Shown here piece by piece: positions 30,918 to 38,675 of a DNA stretch of 64,000 nt. Numbering within the stretch: position 1 is the first letter of the stretch; each line of letters opens with the position of its first letter. This DNA comes from Candidatus Daviesbacteria bacterium (GTDB lineage: Bacteria; Patescibacteriota; Microgenomatia; Daviesbacterales; UBA10151). The notes under the pieces are model-generated. The model saw only the letters and a program-made list of their open reading frames with translations, had not been told where the DNA came from and ran no database searches. The translations under genes were made by a program, and so were the position numbers. The DNA lies in assembly GCA_016187025.1 (NCBI GenBank), contig JACPKM010000001.1, positions 43,188 through 107,187 of the forward strand, given 5' to 3'.

Positions 30918-31913
30918 TTAAAAGTAGTCTAATTTCATAGCTTTTTTAACTTCTGCCAAAGTTTTTTGGGCCTTTATCCTGGCTTTTTCAGTTCCTTCTT
31001 TTAAGATTCTATCTACCAGCTCAGGCCGATTTTCGTATTCAGCCCGTTTCTTTCGGATAGGATCCAGGAAATTATTTAAAACTTGCACCAGGTACTTTTT
31101 AACCTCGATATCACCAACTTGGCCTTTTGAGTAAAGTAGTTTGTAGTTGGTAGTTTGTAGTTTGTCGCTTTCAGAAGCAAATGCATCCAAATAGATAAAT
31201 ACAGGATTTCCTTCCACATGTCCTGGGTCAGTTGCTCTAATTCTTGTAGGATCTGTATACATACTCATGACCTTTTTTCCCACCTCATCAGCAGAATCAG
31301 TTAAAAAGATAGCATTGCCTAAGGATTTGCCCATTTTGGCCTGTCCATCAGTCCCAGGAAGAGTAGGTACCTCCCCTATTAAGGGCTCTGGTATAGGAAA
31401 GACGTCTCCATAAAGATTATTAAACTTAATAGCAATATCCCGGGCATATTCCACATGAGCCTTTTGATCTTTACCAACTGGTACTAAATTAGCTTTAGGA
31501 AGTAATATATCAGCAGCCATAAGCACAGGGTAATAAAATAAACCCACAGTATCTTCTGAGCCCTGGTCAAGTTTTTCTTTTAAAGCAGGCTGCCTGGCTA
31601 TTAGAGGCCTAGGAGTCAAAACACTTAAGAAATAGGCTAGCTCCAAAACTTCCGGCACTTTAGATTGAACAAAAAAAGTCACTTTTTCAGGGTCCAGCCC
31701 CACAGAAAGGTACCCTAACATTAAACCGCGGATATTTTTTTTCAGCTGGTCAGTACGGTCAAAGTGAGTTGTGAGTGCATGTAAATCCACCAAAGGAATA
31801 AACATCTCATACTCCAGTTGCAGCTTTACCCTATTTTTAAGCGATCCTATATAGTTTCCCAAATGGAAACTATCATAGGTGGGTCTATCTCCTGTGAGAA
31901 TTCTCTTTTTCAT
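30918..31913 (-). CDS. trpS: tryptophanyl-tRNA synthetase
   Basis: TGDRPT, HLGNY, YPVLMAADIL, PVGKDQ, KMGKS. Confidence 0.96.
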   Translation of the reverse strand: MKKRILTGDRPTYDSFHLGNYIGSLKNRVKLQLEYEMFIPLVDLHALTTHFDRTDQLKKNIRGLMLGYLSVGLDPEKVTFFVQSKVPEVLELAYFLSVLTPRPLIARQPALKEKLDQGSEDTVGLFYYPVLMAADILLPKANLVPVGKDQKAHVEYARDIAIKFNNLYGDVFPIPEPLIGEVPTLPGTDGQAKMGKSLGNAIFLTDSADEVGKKVMSMYTDPTRIRATDPGHVEGNPVFIYLDAFASESDKLQTTNYKLLYSKGQVGDIEVKKYLVQVLNNFLDPIRKKRAEYENRPELVDRILKEGTEKARIKAQKTLAEVKKAMKLDYF

Positions 31914-32002
31914 AGTCTTTTTCCTAGTTTACCATATTACACATATTGAGCCGGTCGGCACAAAGTGCGTTAAACTAAGTTAGTAGAACACATCTGTTAT
32001 CT

Positions 32003-32386
32003 TTAATCCTCTTGAGGAAGATAGATATCTAAAACCCCAGCCCTACCTGCCATAAGCGATTTTAAAGAAACAGATATTTCGTATCCCTCATGCAGATCTA
32101 CTAAAACCACCTCTCCTTTTTTTACCGGTATCGCGCTCGCATTATCTACCTGATCACCTTCAAATGTTCTAATCTGCTTTATTCGATAAAATAGAGGCTC
32201 TGGATCAAGAAGAACTCCACTATGTTCTCTAGTTATATTAGCTTGCACCACTTCACCTGGCCTTGGACAAAATCTTTCCCGTAACCTTAGTGCACTGGGA
32301 TTTCGTACCTCAGGCAAAGACCGGTTATTTCCCTTTCTTTGTTCTGGGGAAATCCTATGTATTAGTTGTTCATAATCTGCAGTCAT
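32003..32386 (-). CDS. hypothetical protein
   Basis: 127-aa ORF with GAAGGA RBS, between the attenuator and trpS. Confidence 0.55.
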   Translation of the reverse strand: MTADYEQLIHRISPEQRKGNNRSLPEVRNPSALRLRERFCPRPGEVVQANITREHSGVLLDPEPLFYRIKQIRTFEGDQVDNASAIPVKKGEVVLVDLHEGYEISVSLKSLMAGRAGVLDIYLPQED

Positions 32387-32400
32387 ATTTTTCCTTCCAT

Positions 32401-32426
32401 AAAAAAACCGCCTGCTAAAGGCGGTT
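32401..32426 (-). terminator. attenuator terminator hairpin
   Basis: AACCGCC-TTTAGCA-GGCGGTT followed by poly-T. Confidence 0.75.
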
Positions 32427-32448
32427 CCTGGGTGTTTGAAATTCCTTT

Positions 32449-32532
32449 TTATAAGGAAATCTGCACACTAGGACCGCTCTCGTAAATAATGAGAGAACGG
32501 CGCCAAGTAAATTTTTTAAAGTTTTTTAACAT
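32449..32532 (-). CDS. putative Trp leader peptide MLKNFKKFTWRRSLIIYESGPSVQISL
   Basis: 27-aa uORF with a Trp codon followed by mutually exclusive hairpins, upstream of trpS. Confidence 0.6.
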   Translation of the reverse strand: MLKNFKKFTWRRSLIIYESGPSVQISL

Positions 32533-32605
32533 ATCTTTTATAATTAAACAGATTCAGCGTACTTGTCAATAGTGATTTTACTATGGGGCTCAACTAAAGT
32601 CAAGT

Positions 32606-33349
32606 TTACTTTAATCGACGGGGTAAAACTCCGTCATATTCTATTTCTTCATTTGGAACTCTTCTGAATGGTTTTTCGCGGACCCACTCTTCAAAGATAT
32701 GGGCAATGAGTCCCACCACCCTGCCGATTATGAAAAAACCCTTTCCCAGTCTATAATCAAAACCCATATCAGATACAACTGCTGCAATTGCCCCGTCTAC
32801 ATTGATAGGGATTTTTTTGCCTTTAAGTCTTTCCAGCTCTGCTTCAACTGCAACTGCCAATTCACAATGTTCACCAAAAAACCCAAGTGTTTTGGCTTTT
32901 TCAAAAACTTGCTTGGCTCTTGGGTCTTCTGTATATACTTTGTGTCCAAAACCGGGAATCCTATCTCCTGAGGATATCACCTTTTCCACCAATTTTGAGG
33001 CTGCAAGACCCATTTGTAAAAGATGCGCACACTCCTCAACCGCCCCGCCGTGATATTCCCCTATTCCTAAAACCCCGGCAGCCACAGCAGCCTGCATGGG
33101 ATTACCTGCTGAAGCAGAGTTTCTGGCGTTTGTCACAGAAGGCGGACCCATGCCGTTATCGATAGTGGAGATTAAAATGCTATCAAGCATTGCTCTTTCT
33201 TTTTCTGTCGGCAGCTCCCCTTTTAATTCCAGCCAGATAGCATCGGTAAAATTTACATTATCTATTAAATCAGTGATTTTGTAGCCGTGGATGTGTACTT
33301 CCCCATCCACAATCCCAGATATTGATGTCTTCCACTTTTTGTCAGACAT
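32606..33349 (-). CDS. citryl-CoA lyase (citrate-synthase-like domain of ATP-citrate lyase)
   Basis: HGGA, RIPGFGH..DPR, INVDGAIA; likely start MSDKKW at 33349. Confidence 0.88.
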   Translation of the reverse strand: MSDKKWKTSISGIVDGEVHIHGYKITDLIDNVNFTDAIWLELKGELPTEKERAMLDSILISTIDNGMGPPSVTNARNSASAGNPMQAAVAAGVLGIGEYHGGAVEECAHLLQMGLAASKLVEKVISSGDRIPGFGHKVYTEDPRAKQVFEKAKTLGFFGEHCELAVAVEAELERLKGKKIPINVDGAIAAVVSDMGFDYRLGKGFFIIGRVVGLIAHIFEEWVREKPFRRVPNEEIEYDGVLPRRLK

Positions 33350-33350
33350 A

Positions 33351-33424
33351 GTGACAGGTACAGTAAAGGTGACAAGTGACAAGAAATAAAAATAACTTGT
33401 TACTTGTGCCTTGTTACTAGTCAC
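33351..33424. repeat. inverted heptamer arrays (TGACAAG/TAACAAG family) downstream of the four-helix-bundle gene
   Basis: Minus strand: TGACTAG TAACAAG GCACAAG TAACAAG, loop, CTTGTCA CTTGTCA. Confidence 0.8.
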
Positions 33425-33807
33425 CCTCCTTTCTGAGAAATGTATAGCTTCCAAATTATATGACCTGTTTCAGCTCTTAGCAAGGAGATCTCTTGGAAGT
33501 CTCTATCTGCTACCAATTTTCTTTTATAAGCAAAGTCCAGTAAGTATTCTGTTTCCGCAAGAGAGCCTAACGCTATAGACAGAAACCTATGAAATTCTTT
33601 CTTACTATTCCTTGCGTGACCTTCAACTATATTCGTGGGAACCGATAAACACGCTCTTTGCAGTTGGGAGACTAAGCCAAATATCTCGTTCTTAGGAAAA
33701 GTAAGAGTTAAATCGTATACTTTGTGCACTAGTTCATCAGCTTTTTGCCATGCGATTAGCTTCTTGTAGCCGAACAACGAACTGTTTTCTAACTTGTTAC
33801 TTGTCAC
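33421..33807 (-). CDS. four helix bundle protein (23S rRNA IVP / Avd-like family)
   Basis: YKKLIAWQKA..FPKNEIFGLVSQLQRA..SVPTNIVEG..F..FLSIALGSLAE. Confidence 0.92.
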   Translation of the reverse strand: MTSNKLENSSLFGYKKLIAWQKADELVHKVYDLTLTFPKNEIFGLVSQLQRACLSVPTNIVEGHARNSKKEFHRFLSIALGSLAETEYLLDFAYKRKLVADRDFQEISLLRAETGHIIWKLYISQKGG

Positions 33808-33813
33808 TTGTGC
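33791..33813. repeat. heptamer array GCACAAG TGACAAG TAACAAG at the start of the four-helix-bundle gene
   Basis: Seen directly on the minus strand. Confidence 0.8.
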
Positions 33814-33817
33814 CTTA

Positions 33818-34702
33818 TCACCTTATCAGTACTGGTATCTCATCCGGAGTCTTGGCAATTTCCACTCCGGCCTCTTTTAAGCTATTAATTTTAGATTTAT
33901 AGCTGCCCTTTTCTCCGTAAACTATTGCCCCTGCATGCCCAAGTTTTGTGCCTTGAGGTAAGTTTTCGGCAAATAGTCCAGAAATAAACGCCACCACTTT
34001 TTTAGTAAACCCTCCACTTTTTATTAATTCTGCTGCTTCTTCCTCATAAGTCCCACCAATTTCTCCAAAGATTACAACAGCTTTTGTTTGTTCATCTTTT
34101 TCAAATTCTTTTAACAAATCTACAAAGGTTGAACCTACTAATATATCCCCGCCAATTCCCACAACGGTCGACTGGCCAATACCGTTTTTTGTTAGAATCC
34201 ATGATACTTCTGAGGCCATCCCTCCTGATTTGGAGATTACTCCAACAGATCCCTTCGAATAAACTCCCCTCGGATCATCACCCCCTATTGAGCCTACTTT
34301 ACCAATACCCGGAGAAATAATACCGATAGATGACGGACCAACCATTTTAACCCCATTTTGCTTGGCTAAAGCAATTGCTTTTGCACTATCTTGAACAGGA
34401 ATATGTTCTGTTAAAACATTTATTAAAGGAATTTTGTTTTTTATGGCTTCTTCCATGGCCCCAAATGCAGCAAAATTTGGGACAGCTATGAAAGAGGTAG
34501 TAATCCCCGGGTGATTTTCTAATGCCTCTGTAATAGAGTTATAAACAGGTACCCCATGCACTTCCTGTCCCCCTTTACCAGGAGTCACACCAGCCAACAC
34601 TTTAGTACCGTAATTTCGCATCTGCAAAGCCACCTTGGACCCTTCTTTGCCTGTTATGCCCTGTATTAAAACTTTAGTTTTATCAGTAACTAGTATTGCC
34701 AT
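33818..34702 (-). CDS. CoA-binding subunit (SucD-like) of ATP-citrate lyase/citryl-CoA synthetase
   Basis: IQGITG, GVTPGKGG, SKSGG, GEIGG, phospho-His in GHAGA. Confidence 0.88.
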   Translation of the reverse strand: MAILVTDKTKVLIQGITGKEGSKVALQMRNYGTKVLAGVTPGKGGQEVHGVPVYNSITEALENHPGITTSFIAVPNFAAFGAMEEAIKNKIPLINVLTEHIPVQDSAKAIALAKQNGVKMVGPSSIGIISPGIGKVGSIGGDDPRGVYSKGSVGVISKSGGMASEVSWILTKNGIGQSTVVGIGGDILVGSTFVDLLKEFEKDEQTKAVVIFGEIGGTYEEEAAELIKSGGFTKKVVAFISGLFAENLPQGTKLGHAGAIVYGEKGSYKSKINSLKEAGVEIAKTPDEIPVLIR

Positions 34703-35858
34703 AAGCTAGATCCACCATTGTTTTTGCTGTAGCTGTCATTGGGGTTTCCCGCCCATATATATGAAAATCAAAACCTTCTTTTTCTCCAATCTCTTTTAAA
34801 GCCTCAAAGGCTTCCTTATCCCTTGGCCCTCCCCTCCTGATTACAATTGGATAATTTGGTTTAGGACTCAGTTCCCTTAAACCTTCTACAAATCCCATCA
34901 GGGTTTCAAAAATATCCGTAAAGTTGGCTGTCCCCCCTACAAACCAGCAGCCCTTTAAGTTAGGTTTAGAAAGTACTATTTTTGTTAATCTTTCTAGTTT
35001 CTCTCTGGGAGGATTTCCTGAGTGTTCAGTATAGTTTGCGCTCTTGCCGCCATATGCTACAAGCGCATCCATATTCACAATAGATCCTCCCCCTCCTGCT
35101 GCAATCACTGCAATATCTCCCTCCAAATCCCAATAAACAGAGCCTGCAGTACCACGGTGATCCCCTTCATCTATTTTCCGGGCTTCAATTTCTGCCTCAG
35201 TTGGAGCCCTGCCAAACAAATTCCTTTCAGGAAATTTAATCTCGCGTCTAAAATCAGCATCATCATCCAAAATTATTTTGGCGTCCAACGCCATAATATA
35301 ATTTTGCCCTGAGCGAGCGGAGCGAGTCGAAGGGTTCTTAGCGACTACCAACGGATTAATTTCTGCCAGTTCACAGTCATATTTGGTAAAAACTTCCCAA
35401 AGTTTTTTTGCTGTGCCTTTCAACTCCTCAGGAACATTTTCTCCTAAATATCCCTTTAAGATATCGACCTGGAAAGTTTTCACCTCTTTACCCTCTACTC
35501 CTGTACCTCCTTCACCAAAATTCAAAACCGGTCCTCTTGATTCTGTGGAATAAGAGAATGACAAGTAGTATTCCCTATCATAATCTACCATCTCCTCTAC
35601 TAAAACCTTATCTACTTTTTCTCCATTAACAATCCTGCCAAACAGTTTTTCTACTTCCCCCTTCACGCTTTCCCCTTCACCCTTAACTGTAACTATTCCA
35701 CCTACATCTGCACGCTTACCGGACAAAACCTGGACTTTTAAAACACAGGGTCCTTTAATAGTAACTTCTTCATCCGCCAAAGTTACTAGCTGTGACTGAG
35801 GAACATTTATTCCACAATTTTTAAAAAGTTGTTTTCCTTCAAATTCGTATAAGATCAC
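34683..35858 (-). CDS. ATP-grasp plus citrate-binding subunit (AclB/SucC-like)
   Basis: LYEFEGK, EINPL, AGGGGS, ANYTEHSGNP, GGTANFTD, RRGGP, which are ACL-type citrate-binding motifs. Confidence 0.85.
   Translation of the reverse strand: MILYEFEGKQLFKNCGINVPQSQLVTLADEEVTIKGPCVLKVQVLSGKRADVGGIVTVKGEGESVKGEVEKLFGRIVNGEKVDKVLVEEMVDYDREYYLSFSYSTESRGPVLNFGEGGTGVEGKEVKTFQVDILKGYLGENVPEELKGTAKKLWEVFTKYDCELAEINPLVVAKNPSTRSARSGQNYIMALDAKIILDDDADFRREIKFPERNLFGRAPTEAEIEARKIDEGDHRGTAGSVYWDLEGDIAVIAAGGGGSIVNMDALVAYGGKSANYTEHSGNPPREKLERLTKIVLSKPNLKGCWFVGGTANFTDIFETLMGFVEGLRELSPKPNYPIVIRRGGPRDKEAFEALKEIGEKEGFDFHIYGRETPMTATAKTMVDLAYGNTSY
35307..35334. repeat. REP-like palindromic element inserted in-frame in the AclB-like gene
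   Basis: ccctgagcgagcggagcgagtcgaaggg encodes PSTRSARSG between the conserved EINPL and ALDAK. Confidence 0.7.
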
Positions 35859-35950
35859 TTCGTTAACCTTCCCTTTTTGCTTCGCAAAAACGTAGAAGTA
35901 TGGTATTTAGTATAACGTATGCTGGGTATGATTCCTAATCTTAGCTAAAG

Positions 35951-36022
35951 TAGCAGGGATGGGGCTCGAACCCATAACCTCTTCGTTATGAATGAAGTGC
36001 TCCACCATTGAGCTACCCTGCC
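35951..36022 (-). tRNA. tRNA with CAU anticodon (probably elongator Met)
   Basis: GGCAGGG/CCCTGCT acceptor stem, TAGCTCAATGG D arm, TT-CAT-AA loop, GGTTCGAGCCC T arm. Confidence 0.9.
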
Positions 36023-36051
36023 TTATCAGTGCGGGTAAATTTTAACATAAT

Positions 36052-36642
36052 TTAGGCTGCATATCTAAGGCCATCAATCCACCCTCTAATCTTAGTTAAT
36101 AATTCGCTACTTCTTCGAACCCTTATCCTCAGGACCCCATAGTATTTTTCTGGATTTTCATATTTTTTCAACCAAATAGATTTGTGATAAAAAGGTTTTT
36201 CAAACTGTTCTTTTGGAATTTTTGTGGTTTTCGACCAAAAATCTTCAATTTGTTCTTTACGATACTCATGTGATTCATTAAATTCAGCTCTTAAAATTAA
36301 TTCTTCCCGTTTTATATCAAAAGACCTTGCGAGTCACTTAATAAAAAATTTCACCATCTGGGGATCAGAGTTGCAGAAACCTACTCTACCCTCCTTCAAA
36401 CTCTTAAACCCTTCTGCCCAATAAAGAGATAAACCTGTCAAAAATAGTTCTTTCTCAGTCAGACGAGCTATTTCCAACTTTGCCTTTTTAAAGACAGTAT
36501 TGGTTCTAGTAACTTTCTCCAGATGCTTCTGCTTCGCTAATTTCCGGAGGTGTTTTATATTTACTTTCCTATCTTTTTAAGACTTCTGCCTTTTTTTTCT
36601 TTGCCTTACTGCTTCTTCGTATTCTATTTGCTTTCTCTTCAT
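36052..36642 (-). pseudogene. degenerate LAGLIDADG-like (LYWAEG) gene between two tRNAs
   Basis: Manual translation gives LFLTGLSLYWAEGFK..FCNSDPQMVKFFIK*L..FWSKTTKIP..YYGVLRIRV, with an internal TGA and frameshifts. Confidence 0.65.
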
Positions 36643-36698
36643 TGATTAATAGATATATTTCTATTGTTCATCTATTTAATAGAAGATGTCAATCGTGT

Positions 36699-36727
36699 TT
36701 GACATCTCTTGGTTAGAAGAATAAAAT
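36699..36727 (+). promoter_or_regulatory. sigma70 promoter for tRNA-fMet
   Basis: TTGACA-17 nt-TAAAAT. Confidence 0.7.
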
Positions 36728-36747
36728 ACAAGAGTTCTTTTACATAA

Positions 36748-37038
36748 CGCGGGGAAGTGTAACGGCTGCACGCGAGGCTCGATTTTGGGCTCTCTCATAA
36801 GCAATTATGCTAGATAACCTGGCTCATAACGGTGGAAACTTCTTCAAAAGTAATACCGTGGGAAGTTTCGATAATATCGGAACCCCGTAACGACTAATAT
36901 TCCAGCTACCGGATAACTCGGAACTAAATTGGAATTATACGCCGGGCTCCTCTGATTAGGGGATGATGGTATAGTCTATTCTTTATTTAACTAAAGAGCA
37001 TAATCTCGCAGTAGTAGGTTCGACTCCTACCCCCGCAA
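36748..37038 (+). tRNA. initiator tRNA-fMet (exons 36748-36779 and 36999-37038) split by an intron
   Basis: CGCGGGG/CCCCGCA acceptor stem with C1xA72 mismatch; spliced loop CT-CAT-AA; T arm GTAGG-TTCGACT-CCTAC. Confidence 0.9.
36780..36998 (+). ncRNA. group I intron (219 nt, no ORF) after U33 of tRNA-fMet
   Basis: Exon-terminal U pairs with G in P1; CCGTAACGACTA / GGTATAGTCTA give P7; ACGGT/ACCGT give P4; terminal G. Confidence 0.88.
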
Positions 37039-37194
37039 CACGGTTGTATTTTGTGCATATAAAGCATGCAGTTGGGCTACTATATAGCCCTTTTCGTTAG
37101 GTTCGAACGCCTTTCCTATTATTGGCGCACCAGCCTTCATGTTTTTAACAATTTTAATGTGAGGATGAGACTGTAAACCCAATTTTTTACCCTT

Positions 37195-37361
37195 TAATGA
37201 ACTACCCCGCAGCAAGTCTTCGACTCCGAGGCTCAGACTCGAGGAGCTGACGGGGTATCGTAAACGAAAGTTCTTGTTACACTATTTTGTGACCGCGCAG
37301 TAAGTCTGCGATCCTGAGTCCTCAGACCGAAGGACTGCTCGGTATTTATGTAACAATAAAG
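37195..37361. mobile_element. palindromic miniature element copy 2, with two extra REP-like inserts
   Basis: Collinear with 16633-16736 but with about 30-bp inserts in both hairpin loops. Confidence 0.6.
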
Positions 37362-37375
37362 GTAAGCGACCGGAT

Positions 37376-37468
37376 ATGACTAAACTATTACCCGACCTGC
37401 TTTATTCAGATATGCGGCTAGAAGGAGAGAAGATTACCAGAAAACAAGCCAGGGATTTATTTAAATAA
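37376..37468 (+). CDS. 30-aa micro-ORF or gene remnant upstream of Fic
   Basis: MTKLLPDLLYSDMRLEGEKITRKQARDLFK; resembles the Fic inhibitory xxxEG helix. Confidence 0.3.
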   Translation: MTKLLPDLLYSDMRLEGEKITRKQARDLFK

Positions 37469-37543
37469 CTACGGACTTAGGAGGTACTTGCCAAATCCGT
37501 TATAATTCGTTATAATCTGTTATAGTTAGATTATTATAAAACT

Positions 37544-38605
37544 ATGGTTAAAAATCGCAAGTTTGAAAAGAGGATAACTCAACTTCCTCCTGAAATATTT
37601 CTTAAAATAGCTCAGATCGATGAGTTAAAAGGTCAATGGACTGCAGGAGCTAATCTAAACCCCCAACTGTTAGGCAGGCTTAAAAGGTCAGTTTTAATTA
37701 CCTCTACTGGTGCTTCTACAAGAATTGAGGGCTCAAGACTTACTGACGACGACGTTGACAAATTAATGCAAGGTATTGCTATCCAAAAGTTTGCTGATAG
37801 GGATAAACAGGAAGTTCAAGGCTATTTTGAACTCCTCAAAATAATTTTTGATTCCTGGGAACATATTATATTTAGTGAAAATTCCATTAAGCACCTACAT
37901 CAGGAGCTCTTAAAGTATGTGGAAAAGGACCAGGATCACAGAGGTAAATATAAATCACAAGATAATAAGGTTGAAATGGTAGATGAGCAAGGTAGAAGAA
38001 TTGGAGTTATCTTTGACACTACTCCGGCCTACTTAACCCCTAAACAGATGCAGGAGTTAGTTGAATGGACTAAATATGCTTTGGAGGCTAAATTGTCTCA
38101 TCCCCTCATTATCGTAGGCAACTTTTTAGTAGAATACTTAAATATTCACCCATTTAAAGACGGAAATGGTAGACTTTCCAGAATTCTAACTAACCTGCTT
38201 TTACTTCAGTCGGGTTATCTATACATGCCTTATATATCTCACGAGAAGTTAGTTGAGGATCAAAAACCACAATACTATCTTGCATTAAGAAAAAGCCAAA
38301 GAACTTTCAAAAAAGGTGCTGGAGATATAGCTCCCTGGCTTGAGTTCTTTCTAGATATAATTTTAGCCCAATCGAAAGAAGCAATAAGTTTAATGGCTGG
38401 AGAGAATGTAGAGGATATTTTATCTAATAAACAAATTGCAGTCTGGCAATACCTACAAAAGAAAGCTGAATCTACACCTAAGGAAATAGCAAAGGAAACT
38501 AAAGTCGCTTATGCAACTGTGCGCCAAACACTCTCAAAACTACTGGATCTAAAGAAAATTGAGAGAGTCGGAATGGGCAGAAGTTCCCGTTATAGGAAAA
38601 TCTAA
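37544..38605 (+). CDS. Fic family protein (class II) with C-terminal HTH
   Basis: STRIEG inhibitory motif, HPFKDGNGRLSR. Confidence 0.92.
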   Translation: MVKNRKFEKRITQLPPEIFLKIAQIDELKGQWTAGANLNPQLLGRLKRSVLITSTGASTRIEGSRLTDDDVDKLMQGIAIQKFADRDKQEVQGYFELLKIIFDSWEHIIFSENSIKHLHQELLKYVEKDQDHRGKYKSQDNKVEMVDEQGRRIGVIFDTTPAYLTPKQMQELVEWTKYALEAKLSHPLIIVGNFLVEYLNIHPFKDGNGRLSRILTNLLLLQSGYLYMPYISHEKLVEDQKPQYYLALRKSQRTFKKGAGDIAPWLEFFLDIILAQSKEAISLMAGENVEDILSNKQIAVWQYLQKKAESTPKEIAKETKVAYATVRQTLSKLLDLKKIERVGMGRSSRYRKI

Positions 38606-38675
38606 GGTTTTAAAACCCTTTTTTAATGTGTGTTAAGTTGTTAACTTTTTGAAGCTAAATTAGATAGGTAAAAGA

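Noticed and set aside
32401-32532. T-box riboswitch upstream of trpS
   Set aside because: No T-box antiterminator consensus (TGGNACC) or stem I is visible; a leader-peptide model fits better.
33350-33454. N-terminal extension of the citryl-CoA lyase ORF
   Set aside because: It is a translation of the heptamer hairpin; the family-like sequence starts at the ATG at 33349.
29965-33807. Complete diversity-generating retroelement
   Set aside because: No reverse transcriptase and no template repeat were found in the window.
36336-36338. In-frame TGA as evidence of stop-codon reassignment
   Set aside because: Intact genes in the window end in TGA and use TGG for Trp, and this gene is also frameshifted, so it is a pseudogene lesion.
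37027-37215. 62-aa ORF
   Set aside because: It is antisense to the tRNA end and the repeat element, with no recognisable motifs.
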